Notes: generated by a model not told the origin, from the letters alone. DNA of 64,000 nucleotides from the human T2T-CHM13v2.0 reference genome, Homo sapiens (GCF_009914755.1 NC_060933.1), one strand, 5' to 3'. Numbered from the stretch's first letter, positions 15,900 to 29,213 are shown. Program-made: numbers and translations.

Positions 15900-18800
15900 G
15901 TTACCTAAGGACATTTAAAAAAAGATAAATGTTGAGTTACAGAAATCTGAATTCATGTACGCTGAGCTGATGAATGTAAGGGAATAACACTAACCCCTTT
16001 TCTCCATTCCCAGCAAGTTGATCTCCAGGACTCCCTTTCTTTGGGCCTGTGAATTCCACAGGACTCCTAGAGGGAAACCCAGTTGCTCTTTAGAGCCAGT
16101 ATGCTAGCGCTGCCGATCACGTTCTTCCTCCAGTGACTTGAATACTGAGGGCTTATTTTCCCCCAGTGCGCTTTCAATCTCTATGTGTTTTTCCCCTAAG
16201 GTGGCCCCAGCTGGCCAGGTGGCTTTGCACTGGGGTTGTAGGGGCACGACCAGAACAGCTTCCGGCTTCTCCTAAGTACAAGGGAGAGGGCGGTCAGGGC
16301 TCCCGAAACAAGCTGAGATGTGTGACTCAGGCCCTAGTAATCATCTCTTCTTAATGGCAGAGAAAAGCATATCTCCTTCTTGCCAGGAAGGAGGAAAATC
16401 ACAGATGTGAAAGTGATGAGAGGTGAAAATGATTGGATTCATCTGAAAGGATAAGCCAAGTTTTCCTCCCTTTCTTATTTGATCCTCCCGAGTTTATTCC
16501 TTCCCTGCAAATAAGCACCTTGAGGCAATTAAAAATGCTGAGCTCTCCAGTGTGATCACACTGACTCAGTTTTTATAGGAGGAAATTAGTTCGGAGACTA
16601 ACAGTCAACAGCCTGTCCTTCGACATGGCCCGGGGAATATGTACAAGCTTCACAAACATGTAGAGCCCTTCTGCCTTTGAGTGAAAGGCTTTGTCCATTG
16701 TCTTTGTTTCTTGAAAATGCCAAAAGTAATTGGGACCACAACACGATTCACTGTGGAGTCAAATTCACCACTTTCACTGGAAGTGAAAATACAAATGACT
16801 GCATTCCCAAGTGTTAACATTTTCTCCTTCTGAGGATTACATTTAGGTAGCATCTTTCAAATAACTGTGTATTTTCCGCAAATTACTAAAACAGAAGGCA
16901 AACCAAAGCAAATCAACAGCCACCAAGAGGGGACGATTTTCCCCTCAGCTCTTTGCCGAATTGCAGCCCAAGAGTGATTTTTATAGCCCAGTTATAAATG
17001 TCTGGAATCAGGAGGTTTTGATGGAAATGTGGGCCGACCTTTAGCAGTATCGATGCTTGCGAGGGCTGTTACGATAAAAATTCCTCCTTCTCCCTCCACC
17101 CTGACTCCCCAAGCTCTTTAATTCTTGTAAATAATGTGCTGAGCTCTCACTGAAGCTAGTCAGTGAAGCAGCCACAGGGATATGATTAAGGAATAAAATT
17201 CCTGTTCTGGGTCCTGTTGCGGGTTTGATATCTGACCACTCAAATGGGAGAAGAAAACCTTTTAGTGGCACAATTATCTCTGACCAGCAGTGAAATGGTT
17301 AATTGCCTCTTCTTCCTCCCCACTCCCTGGTTGGGGATAACTGAGGAAGGGCCATAGTTCTACCTGGCTCTAAGCCTGTGAAGTCCCTTGGCAAACTGTC
17401 TTGATGAGGTAAATAGCAGCACCCTTTGGCCCCAGTGATTTTTTTTCACTTGACATTATCAATGATGAGAGATGCTCAGTGATGACAAAATACTCAGTTA
17501 GCACCAGGTTGCGATGCAGACTCAGAAATTTTGTATCTTAATCAACAATTCGATTGCTACACATTAAGCAGAGATATTCACATTACCTATGAGGGATATA
17601 ATTCTAACCTCCCCTGCATGAAACCAAGGTCTCTTCCTTTGGAGAGCTCATAAAAATTTGAGGCTTTTGTCGTTGCTTTCAATCAGATTGCTCTCGGATC
17701 ATAGTCCCCACACATTTGTCACCCTGCCTCCCACCCAATAAAGCATATGCTTCAATCTGTTACCTTCTTTGCACATCAAAGCCACAAAAAAAGTTCAAAT
17801 AATACAGTTTGGCACATTTTTTACTTTGTCACTTACCATCGAGATTTTGTACATAGAAAAAAAAATTGATAAATGCCCTTGAAAACATGAGAACGTGTAG
17901 ATTTTCTGTCTTGACAAATTCTTCCCCCCTTCCCACTTAGTCTCACAAATCAGGCAGTCTCTGTATTCTATAAAATGTAAAGTTTAGTTGGATGACTTTT
18001 CATAAACTTCATTTTTAACACATTTCTTCTCTTGTATTTTATAATATATGCAAAATGCCAAGCTCCTCAAAAGAACTTTACAGGTCATTTTCCTGCCATA
18101 ATAGTCGAATCAGCAGCAAATGCACTTCATGGTTTAAATGCAGTGACAGAAGTAGTCTGACAGCAGAAATACGTACTGGATAGTAACTTCCACAAAAGCC
18201 TTGAGATTTTCACATGAGTAGAGATTATAGCTTTGGAAATCGCTTTTTCTTTTCTTTCTTTCTTTTTTTTTTTAAAGATCGGTCCTGTGTAAATATGGAC
18301 AAAGAACGTTTATTGGCTCTGTACTACCAAGTGTCCTTGACCTAGTGACATTATTGATTTCCCACCATTGTCTTTATATGTATTGGTCCAAGAGGACAGA
18401 ACCATAATAGTTGCCTACTTCAACAATTAATTTTGATCTCTATGTAATGAGCCTCATAGAAGCCCTTGAAAGAATAACTTTTAGGTCAGTGTGTGAGCAT
18501 GCACGCGTGCGCGCGCGCGCGCGCACACACACACACACACACGTGCACACACACGGGAACATGATGCCTCTTATTTTTTCAAACCAGAAATTAGGTCACC
18601 TGGTCTGCTAAAAGATTTTTGCACTGATCTGTGAATCTCTTGGATATGAAAAGAGTGGCACAATAAAACAAAATTATTTGGGGTTATTAATGTAATGTTA
18701 CCTTTATTGTAAAGAATAAAATTAAATGAAATTGCAGTGGTTGTACAAAATTGGAGATGCTTATTTACTCATTGGTGGTGAAATAAAACTACCCCCTCTG

Positions 18801-19640
18801 TCTAAATATAAAAAGTGCTTTGGTCACTGGAGCTCATGCTGTGTTCTCAGTAAGCTGAGCAATTCTTTTTAGTAGGAATATGGCTAGATACCCCAGAACC
18901 CAGAATTTCAGGACTCAGAGATAATGTTGCGAATAACAGGCTTTTTCCCATTTATTGCTGCCTTTGCTTCTGTGTCTTTGAAATATACATATATCAGAAC
19001 CCCTACCAGTGGAGGGCACGGTACATATGAATTTTTTTTGAAGGAAACACTTTGAATTGAAAACTTCCATGTTTTGTTTTTTTAAATAAATTACCAAACT
19101 ATAAAAACTACAAAATTTTCATATATATGTACATGTATTCAAACATAAAGATGTTACTGGATGAGTATAAAGATTTCCACTATTCAATCTCATTGCACTA
19201 GCCTGGTAGATTTGGGCTAAGAAAACTTTGTTTACTAAGCCTCTATTTTATTGACCTTGGCATTGTTATGTGTTGTTTTTAACTGCCATTATATAATATG
19301 CAAAGCATAAATAGTAAGTGTCCACTTCATGCCTGTTTCATTTCAGGGAATAACTGAAGATTAATTACTGTCTGTATTTTGTGTTAGATTAAAGCAACAT
19401 ACCAACAAAAGTGCATTTTCTAGTGTGTAATTTTCTTATTGTAATTAATGTGGTTTGGTTGTTTCGGTATGCTTAATGGTGGTGTTTGAATCAGCAAACA
19501 TTCTCCTGACAGGTACAAATAATTTAATAAGTATCTGTGGAATTTTATTACTCAAAGCATTCAAAATGAGGGATCAATTGCGCTTTTGGGTTTTGAAACT
19601 TCCACCAATGTGGCTTTAATTTTTCTTTCTGTTCCACGTA
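15900..19640. promoter_or_regulatory. Repeat-poor block, candidate enhancer region
   Basis: About 3.7 kb with no transposon I can recognise. AP-1 TGACTCA at 16323 and 16562, locally retained CpGs near 16930-17075, AGGTCA half-sites at 18.08-18.6 kb. No functional data. Confidence 0.35.
18497..18555. repeat. Alternating purine-pyrimidine tract with (GC)8 followed by (AC)n; Z-DNA prone
   Basis: gcatgcacgcgtgcgcgcgcgcgcgcgcacacacacacacacacacgtgcacacacacg read directly. Confidence 0.92.
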
Positions 19641-19717
19641 TGTGCTCTCTCTTTCTTTTTCATCTTCAATAACTGGAAAAATATTGAAAAGTTTAGAGAA
19701 TAATGTAACAAGTACTC

Positions 19718-20237
19718 TACATCAGTTAGTATGGCTGTGTAACATACCAGCTCAATGTTTAGTTGCTTAAGACATTAATCATTTATTATTTCTCATGACT
19801 GCAGGGCTGCATGGGAAGTTCTGTTGATCGGGGCTGGGCTTGCTCATGCATCTGTGGTCAGCTGGTAGTTCTGTGTGACAAGGGGCAAGAGTTGGCTGGT
19901 TTGTGATGGCTGCAGCTTTAATGATTCAGCTATGCTCCACATGGTCTCTCATCCTCCAATAAACCAGTTCAGGGTTGTTCTCATGGTGAAGGCAGGGGTC
20001 TGAGAAAGAGACAGCAGGAGTGTACGTGACTCTTGAAACCTTGTCCCAGAAATGCCACATCACTGGACTCTCTGCTTTTTATCACCCCAAACAAGTCAGT
20101 AATCCAGCCTTGTTCAAGGAGTGCAGAAATAGACACCATATCTTGATGGGTATTGTATCAACTATGAAGTGGTATTGTAGAAGGTGTGGACATAGAGAGG
20201 CCTTTAATTAAGGCTAATATTGCAATTAACCTGCACA
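19718..20237 (-). mobile_element. MaLR LTR (MLT1H-like)
   Basis: tcagttag...gctgtgtaaca...catttattatttctcatga...gctcatgcatctgtggtcagctgg...ttgttctcatggtgaaggcag. Confidence 0.75.
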
Positions 20238-20450
20238 AACAATATTCCTGATCTCATGGGATTGATACTTATTAACATTTTATCATATTATTCTCAAGTA
20301 AAATAGTAATAAAATATTAAAGATCGACCTGGACTTTTTTGGTAGGCCCTATTCATCTTCCCCACTGGGCAATCACAATCATGAATTTGGTGTGTGTTCA
20401 GGACATTTTAAAAATACTTTTGTACGTGTGGTGCACACACACAAGCACCA

Positions 20451-20491
20451 CCCCCCGCCCCACCCCCCCCACCCCCCCACCCCCCCCCCCC
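20451..20491 (-). repeat. Poly-C tract C6-G-C4-A-C8-A-C7-A-C12 (G-quadruplex on minus strand, i-motif on plus)
   Basis: Direct reading: five C-runs with single-base interruptions. Confidence 0.9.
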
Positions 20492-20547
20492 ACACACACT
20501 GGTGGTTTTAAAATAGGTCTGCAAATTATTTGACATTTCTCTTATTA

Positions 20548-20939
<392 letters not shown>

Positions 20940-21294
20940 CTAACAATTAAAGTACAGTGGAAAGAACACTGCATGACTTCTAAGCCTAGATCATCACAGG
21001 GGATAGAGTGTGTTCCTGGCATTCTCCCTGTGAGGATGCACAGCTTGGGAGCTCAGAGCTGACACATGAGGAGTCCAGCTGAAGCCACAATGCTGAAGAA
21101 CTTACCTGGAGGCACCATATCTGGATAGAGAGATGCCCAAGGATCCCAGCCTTTCTAGTCCCCAGGTGTCAGGCCGATAAGTGATCCAGGCTTCAGATGA
21201 CTTCAGCCTCTAGCCTTTGAGCCACATCAGCTGATGCTGAGTGGAGCAGAATGAGATTTCCCCATCAAACCTGTCCAACTGGCAATTTGTGAGC

Positions 21295-21651
21295 TATATT
21301 TGTCAGCTCAGGCGGCCATAACAAAATACCATAGATCGGGTGGTTTAAACAACAGAAATTTATTTTCTCACAGTTTTGGAAGTTGGAAGTCTGAGAGCCG
21401 GGTGCCAGCATGATTGGCTATTGGTGAGGGCTCTCTTCCTGGTTTGCAGACAGCTTCATCTCTCCGTGTCCTCACATGGCAAGAGGACAGAGTGAACTCT
21501 CTGGTGTTTCCTCTCATAAGGAGACTAGTCCTATCACATCAGGGCTCCACCTTCTGACTTCTTTTAAACTTAATTACTTTCTTATTTCAAATACAGTCAC
21601 ATTGGGGATTAGGGCTTCAACATATAAGGGGACTTAATTTAGTCCATAGAA
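21295..21651 (-). mobile_element. MaLR LTR (MLT1A-like)
   Basis: gccataacaaaataccataga...aaacaacagaaatttattttctcacagttttgga...ggcttcaacatat...ttagtccatag. Confidence 0.85.
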
Positions 21652-21863
21652 TGAAGAAAATAAATACTATTATTGGAAGTTACCTAAGTTTTGGGGTGGT
21701 TTGTTCTGCACCAAAAATATGGGGAATCATGATACGCTACTGTTTATATGATCATATTACTGTTTTTTTAATATATAAATGATATTGGATTTACTATTCT
21801 ATAATTTCCTTGTTGACTCAACATGCTCCTGAGATATATCTATTTTGCTATATGTAGATATAA

Positions 21864-22172
<309 letters not shown>

Positions 22173-22837
22173 TAATTTTCATTGATACATGTTAGTCAAG
22201 TATGTAACAGTGTTGTTTTATGTGTAAATTCCCCTAATCATGAGCTTTTGGGTTGTTTTTAGTTTTGTTCCAATTACAAATATTAACACAATAAATATGC
22301 TTTATGTTTTCTTCTTATGGGCAAGCATGGACTTCTTTTCAAGTGTCTTCACTGGATCATAGGCTGTGCCTACTTCTTTTTTAAGGATATGCATACTTTT
22401 AATTTTGCTTAGGTGGCCAAATTGTTCCTCAAATTCCACCATTACCCCCTTTTTAATCATCCCACTAGCATTGTGCAGACTCCAGAATTTCTCTGTTCTC
22501 ACAGCAGTTGAGAGTTATAAATATTTGAATTGTTTAAAAACTGATAGATTAGTATTGGGTTATTTTAATTTCTATTACTCTTATAGATTAAACGGCTGGG
22601 AGTCTTAAAAACATTTTCTTGGCTATTGGGATATACTTTTCTCTACTGAGAATATTTATTCTTTGTCTATGATTCTATTAGGTTTTTTTTTTGTTCCTAT
22701 TTATTTTTAGGAGCTCTTTATGTATTCTAAGCATTAACATTTTCCTGTTATATATATTGTGAAATTATCTCCCAATATTTTCCTTGTCTTTTTCCTTGGT
22801 TTAGATGCCCTTAGAATTTCCATAATTTGATTAATCA

Positions 22838-22998
22838 TGTATAATTATACACGTATATATGCATATACATGTGTATACATATACATACATATATATGTAC
22901 GTACATATATACGTATGTATATATGTACGTACATATATATGTACGTACGTATATATGTATGTATATATGTACGTACATATATATGTATGTATATATGT
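22838..22998. repeat. Complex (TA/TATG/TACG) microsatellite with self-complementary units
   Basis: Repeated tatatgtacgtacatata (18-bp palindrome) and tatg units; a remnant continues at 23212-23250. Confidence 0.92.
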
Positions 22999-23825
22999 AC
23001 ACTTCTTTCCTCTAATGCCCATTTTTAAAATCTTATTTCTTCTTAAATTTCATCTACGGCCTTCAAATTTCTTGCAGATACCAACTAATGAATTGTTTAA
23101 TTGGTGATAATGGTAAATTAGTACCAATGGCCTGGTAAATCCGACATAATGTGCAGACCTAAAGGATACTTCAGAACAAGATGACTTTTAATTTCATGCC
23201 ACCTCAAGTATACAAATATGTGTATATTGCACCTTACACACATATATATAAAAGATTTTATTTTATGAATCATGGATTTTGGGTTCTCTTTGAGAAACCC
23301 TTCTCTACTCTGACATCATAAAGATATTCTTGGCCTTGGTCTTTAATGGGAAGAATAGTACAGTATTTCTGATATTTTTTAAACTACAGTTTCAATGAAT
23401 TTATAATTTCTACTTATTAATAAAACATGTAAGATTGTAAATTTTACATATTTTCTGAGACTGATTAGCTAGGGACAGTGTAGATTTTTACAACATGTAG
23501 ATAAGTAACTACAAAAAGAAGCTGAAGCTTCTAAAACTGGATAGTATTTACAGGAATTGTGTCACTTTGACAGAATGGCTCAATCAGTGCAAAAGTTTTT
23601 ATCTTAATGGTAATACTTGAGGTGGCATGAAATTAAAAGTTAACTTGTTCTGAAGTATCCTTTAGGTCTGCACATTATGTTGGATTTACCAGGCCATTGG
23701 TACTAATTTACCATTATCACCAATTAAACAGTTTATTAGTTGGTATCTGCAAGAAACTTGAAGGTGGTAGATGAAATTTAAGAAGAAATAAGATTTTAAA
23801 AATGGGCATTAGAGGAAAGAAGTGT
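22999..23825. repeat. Inverted duplication: 213-bp arms (22999-23211 and 23613-23825), 401-bp spacer
   Basis: Manual alignment of the left arm to the reverse complement of the right arm: 205/213 identical, no indels. Confidence 0.97.
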
Positions 23826-25931
23826 CAATTGGAAACTTGTAGAGAAAGAATATATTCCTTTATCTTCACCCATGAGATTTATTTACCCTTCATCTAAGAT
23901 GTTGATGGCACATACATTTCATAGACGCTTACGTTATAGGTTAATGTAACCATGTGTGTTGTAGAAAGCATGTACACAGGATGCCTTTATGTAATTTGAT
24001 CATGCAAATGCAATATAGCTATCATACTACCTGTCTTTCCCCTGCATTTTAATGGAGACTAATAAATGGATCCTTCACATCCACGGAGAGGAAGGATAGC
24101 AAAAAAAGTAATCTTACCCCATTTTTTTTTTCCTTTTTATCTGCTGTGGTTGCCATGCCTTATGTCAGAGCACATTGCTTTAGGCCATGGCTACGATGAC
24201 CCTGGGGCGAGATGGGTGAGAAGGAGATACACTCTCCAGGCTGTGGCTTCATCTTGTCTTAGGAAAGTCTGATACAGCTGATGGCAGGCATACTGTTCTC
24301 CTGTCAGCGCTTTTCAGCATTTATAGATGCCTCAGGGCCCTGAGCTGTGTGCGTGCGTGTCTATCACAAAACATGAAGTTTCTTCTGGGGTTGCCATTGT
24401 GGTGCTGTGAAAGGCACAGCAGAATGAAATGCAGAGACCCAGTCTTTATTCCCATTTTGCCACTAACTAGCTTTGCATCTTTTAGAAAAATGATCACACT
24501 TTGCAAATATCTCTCTTTCAAAGAAATTGTTTGTGTCACGTCATAATTGCCTATGTTACTTACTATCTCCTTCCTTGGAATGTGATTATTTCAAAGCGAG
24601 AGACTATGTATTCCTACTTTCCTGCCCATTGCTTAGTATAAGGTGGGCGCTTAAAGAAACATCTGTAGTGGAAAGTAAGGTTTCTTCTCCTGATCTCTGT
24701 GTTCCCTAGAATTGGAGGATTGGAATTTATTAACTCATAAAGTCTTGAACTCTTGAAGACAAAGAGTGATAATTTCCCCTGCAATGAGTATAAGCCCTAA
24801 TATGAGGAAACTATTATTCCACTGAAGAGTGTTGGGCATAGAAAGGAATCAACAGACACTGAACCTGGATAACATTTCTAGCAAACGATCTGGGCCTCAT
24901 TAGAACCTCTAAGGAGGTTTTCTAATTTTCTGACGTGAAGGTATTGAAATTAATACCAGACCCACACTACTTATTTACATCACACATACCTGCACAAGCA
25001 CAAACTTCATAAATATCTGTGCTTAAGATAACTAATTTAGCCAGATTTATGGTATTTATGCCCCAGTGTGAGCTCAGCTCTGATGGCCTTACCTGCAAAT
25101 TTAAGTCAAGATTCTGGTATTCGAGAACATTCCTGTCTGGAATTGCCACATGTTTCACATGGATACCCAATTTTCTTTAAAGGAAATGTGCATGGGGAAT
25201 GGAGTTTCAGATATTCCAATAAATATCTGGAATATGGCCTCAGATAGTCCAATAAACTCAATAAAGCAAGACTATTAGTAGAAGGCTGAAATGGAAAACA
25301 CTCAGTAATGGAGAAAAAATAAGATTACCATTGAAGAAAAGTGCCATATATGACCAGTCACCAGTGACATTAAAGCTGTGCAGAGATGCAAGCTAACTTG
25401 AAAATCAGGTGCAAAGAGGACGGATATATTTCATGAATTACAGGTAGAAAATGAAAGTTTATAATAGCTCTAGTAAGGATATTCTTAGAGTGGTTTCAAG
25501 TCTTGAATTTATATTCTTACTGTGATTTTAACTCAAATACTGATCTTCAAAAGAGTGACATCATTGTTGAACTATTTTATGTTAGTCCTGACCAATGAAA
25601 TATACTTTAAAGCATCTACTTCTTTCTCCTTTCATTTAAGTGGTAGAGAAAATGAAATTGTTACATTGCACTTCTGTTACTGGAGAAATGTATAAGATTT
25701 TACCTTATTTAAACTAGGAATCCCATATCCTCCCTCCCTGAAAAAACTCGACATTGCCTCATGCACTTTTGGCCCTCATAAAGATCCAGTTATCAGCCCT
25801 CACCGAGATCTTTATGCTGAACCTGCTGTTGTAATTTCTAGAAACCACCAGTAGGTGTCTCCTATCAATAGTTTTGGTCACGGAAAGGAAGGGTGCCAAT
25901 CATTTGTCATTCATTTAATAATGGACGCCAT

Positions 25932-26556
25932 TGTCACTTGGTAGAGGGTCTTGATTGCAAGCTGTCCAGGTTCTTGGCATTTTGAACAAAGAATTGGACA
26001 AAACTCCCAAGAAAGCAAGGAAAGAATGAAGCAACAAAAGAACAAAAGCAGGAATTTATTGAAATGAAAGTATACTCCACAGTGCGGGAGCAGCCAGAGC
26101 AGCAGGTCAAGGGCCTGGATACAGAATCTTCTCCGGTCCAAATACCCCCTACAGGTTTCCCATTGGCCACTTCATGCTCACCCATGTAAATGAAGTGGTG
26201 GACCCCAATTGGTATGACTGGTTGCCGAAAGCAACCAATCAGAAGCTGAAGTGGCGTTACAAAGGTCACACTCCTGTGCAAACATCTGATTGGTTGCTTT
26301 TTTCAACCAATCAGAGGCTAAGGTGAATTTACAAAGTTGCAAACAAAGACTCCACCGGCAATCAGTCTGATAGGTTGCAGAAAGCTAACTTCTCATCTGC
26401 CATGCAGAAAAGGTTGGGGGTTTGCAAAGGGAGTAGCCTCTGGTCCCTTTGTTACCCAGGCGTGGAAAGTTAGGGTTTTCCTTTCAATTTAGTTCCAGGA
26501 AGTCGGGGCAAAACAGCCCCAGGCTCCCTGCCTCTAGACCCTATTCTCCTGCTTCA
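25932..26556 (-). mobile_element. ERV1 solo LTR (MER51-like) with 4-bp TSD
   Basis: TG..CA termini, TSD ccat at 25928-25931 and 26557-26560, gttcttggcattttgaacaaagaattggacaaaa, repeated aaccaatcag boxes, end accctattctcctgcttca. Confidence 0.88.
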
Positions 26557-27809
26557 CCATGAGAAATCTGCCCACTGTATGATGCAGACAATCCAAGCCC
26601 ATTTAATGTGCTTCTAAAATGGGTCAGCCAATCTTCATTTAAACCTTAACCTTTCAGGAAATGAGTTTCAAATAGTGGTTGTTGTGTATGTGTGTGTGTA
26701 ATAAGTAATCAGAAAATGAAGTTCAACATTTGAGCTGATTTCCTTCAAAGTCTACCAAAATTATCATTAGAAACAAAAAGTTTATAAAGCAGAAGAAGTT
26801 GACAATCCAGCCATGAAAATGAACACCTTCCTCACAAGACTGGCAAAAGTAGAAAATTTCCTAGAGATCCAGTCTTGAGGTTTCATTATGCAGGAGGTTA
26901 ATGTTTACTGTCTGAAGTTGAAGGGTCTTCCTAACAAGAAAAAAATTCAATTTTCTTCTATGTGAAAGAAGGAAAAAGATCTCTTCTGAGAAAGTAAAAT
27001 GGAGCAATCGAGTGAAAAGTTAGCCTTGATTTGTGCCCAGGCCACTTTATAGAGGTGACGTTTTATTTATTGCTGCCCTCTTTCTGGGAGTCTCTTTTTG
27101 TTATTCTTTGCCCCTTTTAATGCTGTCACATTTTGTGCTTTTGTAGCAAACATTCCTCTGGAGCTGGGCATATATTGCCTTCTGAAAGCCTTCTCTCCTC
27201 AACTAGATGGTACTGTATCTGAGGGCACATTTTGTCTTATATTCCCTAATCTCTCCTACAGTATCTAACCTGGAGCCTCATCTTGAGTTGACATTTACTG
27301 AATGCTTCTCACTGTTTTCAGTATGGCATCCAATTTTTTAGAGAAAAGCTTGTGACAGATTTTTGGTACTTCCATAGTCCCTGATAAGCACAATGCCTTG
27401 CACATAGAAGGTACCGTATTATTTTTGAAATAGCGAATGAAGCACAAGGCTGATAGAATAGGAAACACATATCCTAATTGGAGCAGTGGTGTGGTGTGTT
27501 TTTATAAAAGAATATTTATTCCTTTGAGAGCCTAAGGCAAGCCAGGCAGTGTACTGCTCAATCTACTTAACCTACTTAAGGGTGACCCATAAATTCAGCT
27601 GACCTTAGTCAACCATGGAAGCATTGGAATTTAACTCAGAACTATGCAAGCCTAACACTCTCCAGGGATTAATGTAAAGAAAGGTATGGAATGGAGCTCT
27701 TGATCAATGGGCAGTTGAGCAGAGGAGAAAAGAACTTTGTAAACTTCCTTTTAGAATATCTTAAAGAAAAATTTATACCACTAGCAATGTATTAGTTGTT
27801 TGCCTAACC

Positions 27810-28257
27810 TGTCTTAGGTTGGCTTCCACAGGAAATAGATTCTAAGGTGAATACTTATTTGCAGAGGTTTATTGCGAACACCTTCAGAATCAGTGCTTGT
27901 GAGTGAGTGAAAGAACTAGGATTGAGCAGACGGGAAAATTGAACTGAGATGCAATCTCAACCAAGGCCCCAGCCAATCCTGCTGGGAGCTCTAAACCTTC
28001 AATGGCTCTTTGACTTATGCTACCTTGAGGCAAGGCAGCTAGCGTTGGTGCCCCCAAATCTACCTGTAATTGGACATAGGCTACCCCAGGAAACTGAATC
28101 ACCTTGAATGTGGTGGCTCTCTTCAGTAGGGTTCAATTCAGTTCTTAGAAGGTGATTCAGCTGTGAGTTATCAGAAGCCAGCATTTCTAAGAGCTCAGGG
28201 ATCAGTGCTTAGGTCCTAAAGGGGCACACCAGATGGTGCACCAAAGTACTCACTGTG
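27810..28257 (-). mobile_element. ERVL LTR (LTR16A-like)
   Basis: tgtcttaggttgg...gcagaggtttattg...ttgaactgagatgca...cagccaatcctgctgggagctct...cagctgtgag...gtcctaaagggg. Confidence 0.75.
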
Positions 28258-28815
28258 TATTTCTTCTGTTCTTCTCTCCCACCAAAGAAAATAAAATCTC
28301 AGCCTCATCCATGGAGAAGTAGAGTAAGGTTTGATAATTAGATTAGCTCTTACATCAGGGCTAGAGAAGGGAACTATTTTTCAAACTTGAATGGCTTGAC
28401 CGCTCCATGCTTGGGCTTCTGTGCTTCAGGCTAGGCAAGGGAAAAAGAAGAGGACATAGGCCTTGGTCATTCAGCTTTAGAACTAACAGAATTGTAGGAT
28501 TAGGCTTCAGGCTTGAGAGGACAACAATTCAAATTGCAGGGTCTAAGGGCATAGAAATCTCAGGCTTCATTTGAAGCCAAAAGAGATGATTGGGGAGGGT
28601 ATGGGAATGAGAATGGCATAAATGGGACAATTTGGAGGGAGATCATGTCTGCATGTGTTTCAAGTAGTAACAGAACCACAGAAGAGGAATAAGGAAACGC
28701 TATGACTTCAGTGTATCCACAAGTTTGCAGTAACCACATTGCTGGGGAAACAGAGATAATGGTGAGACTTGGGGGAAACCTACTAAGAGCTCCATTCAAG
28801 AGTCTCAAGTTGAGA

Positions 28816-29213
28816 TGTCTTAGCCTGCTCTGCTGCCATAACAAAACACCATAGACTGAGTGGATTAAACAACATAAATTTATTTTCTCACGATTCTGAA
28901 GGCTGGAAAATCTAACATCAAGGTTCTGGTCAATTCAGTTCTTGGTGAGGGCTCTCTTTCTGGCTTACAGATGGCCACCTTCCCACTGCGTCCTCAGATG
29001 GACTTTCTTCGTGCACATATGTGGAGAAAGAGACTGAGTTCTCTATTGTCTCCTCTTATAAGAACACTAATACTATCAGATAAGGGCCCATTCTCATGAT
29101 CTCATTTGACCTTAATTACTTTGCTAGAGGCAGCATCTCCAAATACAGCCACACTGGGGGTCAGGGCTTCAACATATGAATTTAGCGGGAACACAAACAT
29201 TTAGTCCATAACA
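28816..29213 (-). mobile_element. MaLR LTR (MLT1A-like)
   Basis: TGtcttag...gctgccataacaaaacaccatagactgagtgg...tttagtccataaCA. Homologous to 21295-21651. Confidence 0.88.

Noticed and set aside
22831-23107. Tyr/Ile/His/Met-rich ORFs
   Set aside because: Translations of the TA/TG microsatellite.
22999-23825. Inverted arms as TIRs of a DNA transposon/MITE
   Set aside because: No TSD, the spacer contains the continuation of the flanking microsatellite and L1ME, and 96% identity is too young for most primate DNA transposons.
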